Below are positions 56,496 to 64,000 of a stretch of 64,000 nucleotides of DNA, piece by piece. Source of the DNA: Pseudomonadota bacterium (GTDB lineage: Bacteria > Pseudomonadota > Alphaproteobacteria > UBA2136 > JASBTF01); NCBI GenBank assembly GCA_030148545.1, contig JASBTF010000003.1, forward strand, positions 250 to 64,249, read 5' to 3'. The notes beneath the pieces were generated by a model. It was not told the origin of the DNA. It worked only from the letters and a program-made list of their open reading frames with translations, and made no database searches. The position numbers and the translations under genes were made by a program. The first letter of the stretch is position 1. Each line of letters opens with the position of its first letter.

Positions 56496-57641
56496 TTAGA
56501 ACTTCTCAATTGTTACTGGCTTACCGCCTTGCACTTGTGTGAAGTAAATTCGGTTAAGTGCTTGGTGGTTATCAGCAGAGAACTTAACTGGCAGACCACC
56601 TAGGTCAAAGTCCAACTGGTTCAAGGCAGCACGTAGGCTGTCGCGTGTTAGGTCTGTACCAGCAGCTTTTAGAGCTTCATGGAATACAGCAGCTTGCACA
56701 TAACCTTCTAGGCTTGTGAACTCAGGCTGTTTACCAGCAGCAGACATATCAGCACGGTATTGTTGAACAATAGCCAGGTCAGAAGTGAATGGGTTAGGCA
56801 TCACTTGTGAAATGTATGACCCTTCACCAGCTGCGCCAGATTCTTTAATCAGAGCAGAGGTACCAACAAATGAGATGTTGATAAAGTCAGGCTTGTAGTC
56901 AGCAGCGTGAGCTTCTTTCATGAAAGCAGATACAGCTTTGTAAGCACCAACCATAATCACAGCTTCAGCGCCTGAAGCTTTTAGAGTTTCTACAGCAGCA
57001 GAAACGTCGGTTGTATTACGCTCGTATGTACCCAAACCAGCAAGCTCTAGGCCATGCTTTTCTAGGCCTTTTAGCACACCAGATTGACCAGCTTTACCGT
57101 AACTATCGTTCTGCATAAGCAGACCAATTTTACTGTAGCCTTTGTTTTCTACCAGCTGGTCAACAATACCAACGGTTTCATCAGTGTAGCTTGCACGTAC
57201 GTTAAATACGTTTTCATTTACAGGATTACGTAGGAAACCAGCGCCAGTAAATGGTGCAAAGTAAGGCACACCAGTACGTACAGCAACTGGCATCACAGCT
57301 TTAGATGTTGGGGTACCAACATAACCAATCAGTGCAAACACTTTGTCCTGCTTAATTAGAGTCATTGTATTTTTAATAGCACGTGGTGGCTCGTAACCAT
57401 CATCGTAAATTTTTAGTTCTATTTGACGACCATTTACACCGCCGGCGGCGTTCACTTTGTCAAAGTAAACTTGAATACCTTCGGTAACACCTGTACCCAG
57501 AGCTGAAGCAGGGCCAGTTTGTGCATTGGAAATACCAAGTAGAATATTGCTATCTGTCACGCCATCTTCGGCGTGGGATGTGCTAGACATAGCCAACATA
57601 GCAAAGCTGCTTGCGGCTAAGAGTAGTTTAGTAAATTTCAT
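56496..57641 (-). CDS. Periplasmic ligand-binding protein (LivJ/branched-chain type I fold)
   Basis: Signal peptide; VNAAGGVNGRQIEL, DDGYEP, GYVGTPT and RASY.DE. Confidence 0.9.
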   Translation of the reverse strand: MKFTKLLLAASSFAMLAMSSTSHAEDGVTDSNILLGISNAQTGPASALGTGVTEGIQVYFDKVNAAGGVNGRQIELKIYDDGYEPPRAIKNTMTLIKQDKVFALIGYVGTPTSKAVMPVAVRTGVPYFAPFTGAGFLRNPVNENVFNVRASYTDETVGIVDQLVENKGYSKIGLLMQNDSYGKAGQSGVLKGLEKHGLELAGLGTYERNTTDVSAAVETLKASGAEAVIMVGAYKAVSAFMKEAHAADYKPDFINISFVGTSALIKESGAAGEGSYISQVMPNPFTSDLAIVQQYRADMSAAGKQPEFTSLEGYVQAAVFHEALKAAGTDLTRDSLRAALNQLDFDLGGLPVKFSADNHQALNRIYFTQVQGGKPVTIEKF

Positions 57642-57740
57642 GATGAAGAAACTCCCTATTAATTGTTATTGTTATCGTTAACCAATTCGCATAGAATAAT
57701 TGTTGTAATTAATAAAAAAAACAATAAGAAAATTAATTAA

Positions 57741-59531
57741 ATGCGCGTTAGTCACAAAGTTTTACTAGGCTCTACTGTATTATTGCTACTCATTATATTG
57801 GCAGGTGTATCTTCAACTATTTCACTTAATCGTGTTGGCACGGTGGTTGACCAGTTCTTCACGCTATCTGAAGAAACGCAGTCTTCTGAACAAATTTTTG
57901 CTACTGTGCAAAAAATTGCCAATGATACAGCTAATTATGTCATGGCTTCTAACGAAGAGCTGGCGCAGCAAATCAAAAGCGATATTTCTGTACTGTATTA
58001 CCTGATTGAAGACTTAGAGAGCAAAGTATCTGATGAATCGCGCATGGCTTCTGTACAAACCCTCTATGAACAAGAGGAGGCGCTCGCCAACTACTTTGAT
58101 AAACTATATGAATATTTAACCGAGCGTGAAGCTACATTAAAAAATGAAGTTTTTGCACCGAGTGATAAAATTATGGCGATTCTGGATGATGTAGGTGAGG
58201 CTACGGCTTTAAGCGGTGAATCTGACCCTGCACTAGCGTCTGCAAATGTACGCGGTAACTTTTTGAAAGCTTTGATTAACTTAAATATTTATTTGCGTAC
58301 ACATGAGTCTGCTGCATTTGTTAATTACACCAATGCAATTTCGGCTTTCCAGGAAGAGGAAGAACTTTTGGAGTTTTACCTGACGAATGAAAGCCATATT
58401 GAGAAAGTGTCTGCAATTTCACCATTGCTGGAACAGTTTAAAAAAGGTTTTACCAAAGCTGATAGTCGCTACGAAGATATTAAAAAGCTTGATGCTAAAT
58501 TAAAAGAATCTATGGCATATTTGAATCAAACTGTTTATGAGCTTAATAAAAGTGTTAAAGATGATGAAAATGCTTACCGCGACGTTGTTGGCAATGATAT
58601 TTCTTTCTCCACTAAACTAAGCTGGATCATTATGGCTGTTGGTGCTGCTATGGCCGTGGCAATTACCGCCTATGTAAGCTTGTCTACTAACTCTGTTATT
58701 CGCAAAATGGCACAAGGCTTTAGTGGTACGTTCGATGCTATTAAATCAGTTGGCGTAAACTCAGCTGACGTAGCAAGCCGCTCCACACAAATGGAACAAT
58801 CTGCCCAATCGGCACACCAAAGCAGCAGCTCTGCTAGCCGCAACATGCAAGAGCTGACAACTAATGTGAACGAAGTAAGCACCTCTATTGAAGAAATGGA
58901 TGTGTCTATTTCTGAAATTGCTTCACGTGTCGGCCAATCAGTGAAACTAGTAACTGATGTGGCAAACCATGCTGCAACAACAACAGAAGTTGTGAACCAG
59001 CTCGAGAAAAATTCTCAACAAATTAACGATGTGATCGACCTTATTAATGGCCTTGCCGACCAAACTAACTTACTTGCGTTGAATGCTTCTATTGAAGCAG
59101 CACGCGCTGGAGACGCTGGTGCAGGCTTTGCTGTGGTAGCCGAAGAGGTTAAAAAGCTCGCTATTGAAACAACAAATGCAACAGGCTCTATCAGTAAACA
59201 AATTGATGCAATGCAAGCTGTATCTAAAAAAGCTGTAAGCTCTATTGCCGCTATTAGTAACTCTGTAAAAGAAACTCAAGAAATCTCCTCAGCTATTGAG
59301 GTATCTATTCAAGAGCAACGGGAAGCTGCATCTGTGATTAGTAACAACATGGTTTCTGCCTCTCAACGTACGACAGAGGTTAACGGTGAAATGTCTGGCA
59401 TTCAAAAAGTGATGACAGACACAGGGGAAAGCTCAAGCGTTCTAATGCGCGCTGCACAAGATATGCAGCAGCAATCTAAAACAATGGAACAAAACGCCGC
59501 TGACTTCCTTGCACGCCTAAAGAAAATTTAG
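57741..59531 (+). CDS. Methyl-accepting chemotaxis protein
   Basis: Two TM segments flank a helical periplasmic domain; signalling hairpin [34 protein letters not shown]. Confidence 0.95.
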   Translation: MRVSHKVLLGSTVLLLLIILAGVSSTISLNRVGTVVDQFFTLSEETQSSEQIFATVQKIANDTANYVMASNEELAQQIKSDISVLYYLIEDLESKVSDESRMASVQTLYEQEEALANYFDKLYEYLTEREATLKNEVFAPSDKIMAILDDVGEATALSGESDPALASANVRGNFLKALINLNIYLRTHESAAFVNYTNAISAFQEEEELLEFYLTNESHIEKVSAISPLLEQFKKGFTKADSRYEDIKKLDAKLKESMAYLNQTVYELNKSVKDDENAYRDVVGNDISFSTKLSWIIMAVGAAMAVAITAYVSLSTNSVIRKMAQGFSGTFDAIKSVGVNSADVASRSTQMEQSAQSAHQSSSSASRNMQELTTNVNEVSTSIEEMDVSISEIASRVGQSVKLVTDVANHAATTTEVVNQLEKNSQQINDVIDLINGLADQTNLLALNASIEAARAGDAGAGFAVVAEEVKKLAIETTNATGSISKQIDAMQAVSKKAVSSIAAISNSVKETQEISSAIEVSIQEQREAASVISNNMVSASQRTTEVNGEMSGIQKVMTDTGESSSVLMRAAQDMQQQSKTMEQNAADFLARLKKI

Positions 59532-59614
59532 AGAGATACCTTCTCCATCAGGTAAACGATAGCACTTTTCTTTAGAGTAAGATTTACGACATTGGGTATC
59601 AGTTAACGGCACTG

Positions 59615-60061
59615 TTATTTGCCTTGCTGGAGTTTCTTGATAATTTTATCTACACCTATGGCAGCGTAATATAGTAGCTGTATTACTAAAAATAGGCATA
59701 GCGATACAAGCCCTAATAACATCATAGTTAATTCAGTACCAAAGTATGGATCTTGCCACCCTCCGGATAGTGTAAAAAAGCCAAAAACTATAGTAAGTGA
59801 GCAAGCAAACGGTACAAGTACAGCATGTAAAGATTTAACCTTGATGATTATCAGCGTCATTAATAGTGTCGTTAAAGTTGAAAGGATTAAGGAATAAATA
59901 TTTTCAGTTACACCAGTGCTTAAGTGAATTATCCATAGGAAAGATAAATAGGAGATAAAAAACACTAAAGGGGCATAAAACGTTAGAATACAAGCAGGCC
60001 AAAGGTATTTGAGTATAATCTTCTTTAGAGACATTCCTTTAAAAGTAGCCATTAATTCCAT
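59615..60061 (-). CDS. Hypothetical integral membrane protein (about 4 TM)
   Basis: Hydrophobic segments in AT-rich sequence; start uncertain. Confidence 0.55.
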   Translation of the reverse strand: MELMATFKGMSLKKIILKYLWPACILTFYAPLVFFISYLSFLWIIHLSTGVTENIYSLILSTLTTLLMTLIIIKVKSLHAVLVPFACSLTIVFGFFTLSGGWQDPYFGTELTMMLLGLVSLCLFLVIQLLYYAAIGVDKIIKKLQQGK

Positions 60062-60187
60062 TTTGGGGGCTCCGTATTTTGGTGGGTTATAGAAAATGGG
60101 GGCTTCGGCACTAATGTGCCCCCAAAAGCTCTGGATGTGGTTAAATCTCAATGAACCTTATTGGACGCAAGAAGCATTGTATATGGT

Positions 60188-60223
60188 GAAAAACAAAGAG
60201 TCCAGCGGATGTCGCTGGACTCT
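60188..60223 (-). terminator. Probable original terminator of tRNA-Gln
   Basis: AGAGTCCAGCG/CGCTGGACTCT stem followed on the minus strand by TTGTTTTT. Confidence 0.7.
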
Positions 60224-60237
60224 AACGGATAATTAAT

Positions 60238-60703
60238 TGGCTGCACATGCTGGATGCGATTGGAACAAATCATTACACCGACCTTGTGCAGATTAAACCT
60301 ATACTGGAAGCTGTTTGTGAAGACTTAGGCATTTACCTTCCGTGGGCTGATTACCTGTGCCCATTGCGGTTCGGTTTACACAACTGAACAAAAAAAGGGC
60401 AAATATAACTACCTGTTCTGCACCAAGAACAAAGATAAGAACTGCCCAGCCCCACGCATGAAGGGGGAAGATGTGTTTGCACAGGTGGCGGATGTGCTGG
60501 ATAAGGTTGCCATGCCTGAACATGTGCTGCTGGAACTGGTGCAGAATGCTGGAAAACTTTTCCATTCGGCCACGATTGAACAAAAACGCAAAATCCTCAA
60601 ACTCGTTTATTGGAACTTGGAGTTGGAGGATGGAAAGCTGCGTTACGCTTTAAGAAAGCCCTTTGACCTGTTCCTTGAACCGACCAAAAGTGAAAAATGG
60701 CTG
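60238..60703. mobile_element. Collapsed integrative element at the tRNA-Gln 3' end
   Basis: TGGCTG core occurs at 60238 and 60698 (the tRNA 3' end) and encloses a serine-recombinase remnant. Confidence 0.65.
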
Positions 60704-60712
60704 GGGTGGTAG
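60329..60712 (+). pseudogene. Large serine recombinase fragment (Zn ribbon plus C-terminus)
   Basis: Single frame reads FRGLITCAHCG...YLFC...NC...EQKRKILKLVYWNLEL...KPF...KWLGW*, running into the tRNA. The catalytic N-terminus is absent (upstream TAG at 60326). Confidence 0.8.
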
Positions 60713-60772
60713 GATTCGAACCTACGCATGACGATACCAAAAACCGTTGCCTTACCGCTTGGCTACACCCCA
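60698..60772 (-). tRNA. tRNA-Gln(TTG)
   Basis: TGGGGTGTAGCCAAGCGGTAAGGC; anticodon arm ACGGT-TT-TTG-GT-ATCGT; GGTTCGAATCC; CCA end. Confidence 0.97.
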
Positions 60773-60940
60773 GCAGGTGCTTTGTCAGCGCCGGGGAAGG
60801 TAGCGAGAAGGCGACCAATTGTCAACCCAACTTAATAAATATTTACTAAATTTTATGAAGTAATAAAAAAGCCTAGCTAATAGCTAGGCTTTAAAGTGGT
60901 TGTGTATGCGTTACACCGAAACAAATACTCTAAATGATTA

Positions 60941-60975
60941 GAAAAAAGCTGGTGAATTTTTGCTCTACCAGCTTC
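60941..60975 (-). terminator. Terminator of the cus-like operon
   Basis: AAGCTGGT/ACCAGCTT stem with a U-tract on the minus strand. Confidence 0.6.
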
Positions 60976-60990
60976 TTTTATCTTCATATT

Positions 60991-61365
60991 TTAGTGAGCA
61001 TGGTTACCGTGATTACCATCCTCTTTCATGATTTTGGTGATGCGATAAATTTTATCGTCACCAAGTTCAATATGGAATTTAATCTTTTGTCCTGATGATA
61101 ATCCTTTTAGATCTACACCTTCAGCGACACCTAAATCCATTGTCATTTCAGGCCAATTCAATGCAGGGATAGGTGCATGTGTTAAGTTGATTTTATTGTT
61201 CATGCGACTAACACTGTGAATAACACCAGACCCCATAATGGCTTCTTCATGCTGCATGGCTTCATGTTGGTGGCCGCCGTGATCATGCCCTGAACTTTCT
61301 GCATGAGCAGCTATAGGTAAAACTAATGCTGATGCTAATAATAAGGTTTTAAATGTATTTTTCAT
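60991..61365 (-). CDS. CusF-family periplasmic copper-binding protein
   Basis: Signal peptide, His-rich N-terminus and H-A-P-I-P-A-L-N-W-P-E-M-T-M motif. Confidence 0.9.
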   Translation of the reverse strand: MKNTFKTLLLASALVLPIAAHAESSGHDHGGHQHEAMQHEEAIMGSGVIHSVSRMNNKINLTHAPIPALNWPEMTMDLGVAEGVDLKGLSSGQKIKFHIELGDDKIYRITKIMKEDGNHGNHAH

Positions 61366-61388
61366 GGTTTTCTCCTTTTGATTAAAGA

Positions 61389-61949
61389 TTAATGTGCATG
61401 GTCATGACCATCATGACCGTTTTGTTTTTGTTGAATTTGCTTCTGATTTCCATGACCGTGACCATCTGCATGTTCATGGTCGTCATGCCCCCCAGCATTG
61501 CTTGGAATTGCCATCACACCCATGCCATAACGGTAAACAAGCTCTCCACCTTTAAATGCAGTTGTTGCTAGAATGCCTGTAGAGATAATCAAAACGGTTA
61601 AAAATACCATTCCAACTTTTGCTTTAGCAAAGGTTCTAAAAGACCATAGCGTGATCAGAGCAAAGAGTGCGGCTGTACCAAACGCCCAATTTCTGTGATC
61701 TGTCATTGCTAAATGGGATGGTGCATCATGATTAACGGTATTATAGGCATATAAACCGGCTGCAATGGTGGCAATGGTTGCCAACGCACCAAGCCATAAA
61801 TTAATATGTGCTGCTTTCAGAATGATTTTTGCCCATTCTTTTTTGCCAGCAATTGTTCCTAAAATAAACAATCCGGTGGCTGTGCTAAACAATGCCACGG
61901 TAAAATGGACAAAGATAGGATGCCAGTTAGGGATGATTTCAACGATCAT
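61389..61949 (-). CDS. DUF2231-like membrane protein with His-rich tail
   Basis: PNWHPIFVHF, four TM segments, GGELVY..G.GV and a His-rich C-terminus. Confidence 0.8.
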   Translation of the reverse strand: MIVEIIPNWHPIFVHFTVALFSTATGLFILGTIAGKKEWAKIILKAAHINLWLGALATIATIAAGLYAYNTVNHDAPSHLAMTDHRNWAFGTAALFALITLWSFRTFAKAKVGMVFLTVLIISTGILATTAFKGGELVYRYGMGVMAIPSNAGGHDDHEHADGHGHGNQKQIQQKQNGHDGHDHAH

Positions 61950-64000
61950 GTAGTTTCTCCTTTATTTAAGTTTTTAAAATGTCTGCCTTCCCATAGGTAA
62001 TAAACAACGGGAATAACAATGAGGGTGAGGATGGTGGTGCTGGTCATACCGCCAAGCATTGGTAATGCGATACGGCGCATCACATCTGAGCCAAGCCCTT
62101 CGGTGATGAAGATAGGAGCAAGACCAACAAATATGGTCAGCACCGTCATCAATTTTGGACGCACCCTGAGAACCGCGCCATGCACAACGGCATCAAACAG
62201 TTCTTTTAGATCTTTTGGTGGGTGTTGGCGCACTTGATGATCGATATATAAAAGCATCACAACGGCTGTTTCTGCGGCTATACCGCCCAGCGCGATAAAG
62301 CCAACGCCTACGGCTACCGAGAAGTTATATCCTGCCAAGTATAACGCCCATACACCACCAATTAAACCGAATGGTAATGAGAGCATCACCATCAATGTGC
62401 GATCCAACCTGCCAAAATGCAGCATCAGTAACACAAAGATAATCATGATGGCGGACGGTACGGCAATTCGCATACGGGATTCTGCTTCAAGCATTTGCTC
62501 AAATTGCCCTGACCATTCAACCGCATAACCGGCTGGCAGTTTGACTTTATTAGCAACAACTTTTTGTGCCTCATCAACATATGAGCCGATATCCCGATCC
62601 GCGATATCAACAAATACCCAACCAGTAAGCCTTGCATTTTCCGACTTAATCATTGGTGGGCCTTCCACAAATTCAATCTTGGCAAGCTCACCCAGCGGAA
62701 TATGCTGACCTAGCGGTGTTGGTACTAAGATATTGGCAAGATCTTCTGGATGCTCACGGAAAGGTCGTTCATAACGCAACATGATATTGTAACGCTCACG
62801 CCCTTGTACGGATTCTGATATTCTCATACCGCCAAGCGTGGTTTGTATTACCTGCTGGAACATACCTAAATCAATATTCTGCCGCGCCAGTTCACCCCGA
62901 TCAGGCGTGATTTCCAGATATTTCCCGCCAATCACACGATCTGCAAAGGCTGAACGTGTGCCTTCCACATCTTTCACGGCAGCTTCCACATCTAGCGCAA
63001 TACGGCTGATTTCATTTAAATCTGCGCCGGATATCTTGATACCTGCCGGTGTACGAATACCGGTTGATATCATATCCATGCGGATTTTGATGGGATAGCC
63101 CCAGCTATTGACCAAGCCTGGAAGCTTCACAGCCTTATCCAGTTCTTTAATTAGATCTTCAACGGTTAAGCCTTTGCGCCACTCATCCTTGGGTTTGAGC
63201 TTAATCCAGCTTTCAATCATGGAAATTGGTGCGGGATCTGTCGCTGTATCTGCACGACCAACCTTACCAAATACATGATGGACTTCCGGTACGGTTTTAA
63301 TCAGTCGGTTGGTCTGCGATAGAATTTCCTTGGATTTGGTAATTGATACACCTGGCAATGTGGTTGGCATATAAAGCAACTCACCTTCATACAAAGCTGG
63401 CATAAACTCCGAACCGGTACGCCATAAAGGAATTGCCATGCTAGCAAGCAATGCACCGGCAACAGCGATAGTAACGAATTTACGGCGTAAGGCTGCATTC
63501 AACACCGGCTTGTAGATATGCACAAACCAGCGATTAATCGGATTATCTTCCTCGCGCTTGATTTTACCACGTACCAGCCACAGCATCAGCACCGGCACAA
63601 CGGTCACTGACAGAATAGAGGCAAACGCCATGGCATAGGTTTTGGTAAAGGCCAATGGTGAGAATAAGCGGAAAGATTGGCCTGTAAGTGCAAATACTGG
63701 CAGAAATGACACGGTGATGATCAGCAATGAGAAAAATAGTCCTGGACCAACTTCTTTTGCCGATAATAATATGGCAGCACGTTTTTCTTCTAGGCTGGCA
63801 TCTTCTGCCATTTCAGATAATTTACGGTGCGCGTTTTCCACCATCACAATAGAGGCATCAACCATCGCGCCAATCGCTATCGCAATGCCGCCAAGTGACA
63901 TGATATTGGCGGTAATACCTTGCATCGACATCACGATAAAGGCGGCTAATACGCCTAAAGGTAATGTGATGATTGCAACAAACGCGGATCTGGCATGAAG
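61946..64000 (-). CDS. cusA: CusA/SilA heavy-metal RND efflux permease, 5'-truncated by the window edge
   Basis: NIMSLGGIAIAIGAMVDA, GSEFMP.LYEG..LYMP, RVRPKLMT and GSDVMRRIA; frame stays open to the window end. Confidence 0.93.
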   Translation of the reverse strand, partial: LHARSAFVAIITLPLGVLAAFIVMSMQGITANIMSLGGIAIAIGAMVDASIVMVENAHRKLSEMAEDASLEEKRAAILLSAKEVGPGLFFSLLIITVSFLPVFALTGQSFRLFSPLAFTKTYAMAFASILSVTVVPVLMLWLVRGKIKREEDNPINRWFVHIYKPVLNAALRRKFVTIAVAGALLASMAIPLWRTGSEFMPALYEGELLYMPTTLPGVSITKSKEILSQTNRLIKTVPEVHHVFGKVGRADTATDPAPISMIESWIKLKPKDEWRKGLTVEDLIKELDKAVKLPGLVNSWGYPIKIRMDMISTGIRTPAGIKISGADLNEISRIALDVEAAVKDVEGTRSAFADRVIGGKYLEITPDRGELARQNIDLGMFQQVIQTTLGGMRISESVQGRERYNIMLRYERPFREHPEDLANILVPTPLGQHIPLGELAKIEFVEGPPMIKSENARLTGWVFVDIADRDIGSYVDEAQKVVANKVKLPAGYAVEWSGQFEQMLEAESRMRIAVPSAIMIIFVLLMLHFGRLDRTLMVMLSLPFGLIGGVWALYLAGYNFSVAVGVGFIALGGIAAETAVVMLLYIDHQVRQHPPKDLKELFDAVVHGAVLRVRPKLMTVLTIFVGLAPIFITEGLGSDVMRRIALPMLGGMTSTTILTLIVIPVVYYLWEGRHFKNLNKGETT

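Overview
The window appears to join two organisms. Positions 1-~2645 hold a partial fusA and tuf with gammaproteobacterial (Alcanivorax-like, my recognition) sequence and C-ending codon bias. From ~2646 onward is a divergent alphaproteobacterial-like chromosome with housekeeping genes (cysS, rpsU, hisS, rpmH, dnaB, acpS-lepB-rnc-era-recO, lysS, greA, dnaG-rpoD, pnp, dnaE), three tRNAs (Trp, Asp, Gln), cydAB, a divergent murD/murC pair, a non-canonical type IV filament/T2SS-like cluster, an MCP with a divergent binding protein, a decayed serine-recombinase element at tRNA-Gln and a cus-type copper cluster. The stand-out is a two-gene operon at 6875-8897 (-). It encodes an XRE-type helix-turn-helix domain fused to a Form I-like RuBisCO large subunit that has lost essentially all catalytic residues (KDDE->ADPT), followed by an intact-looking RuBisCO small subunit. 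Its predicted promoter is overlapped by two inverted operator-like pseudo-palindromes. My inference is that RuBisCO has been repurposed as a DNA-binding regulator or sensor. Also notable are a ~90-nt three-hairpin repeat with compensatory base changes (3 copies) and many apparently leaderless genes. All family assignments come from motif recognition; no searches were run.
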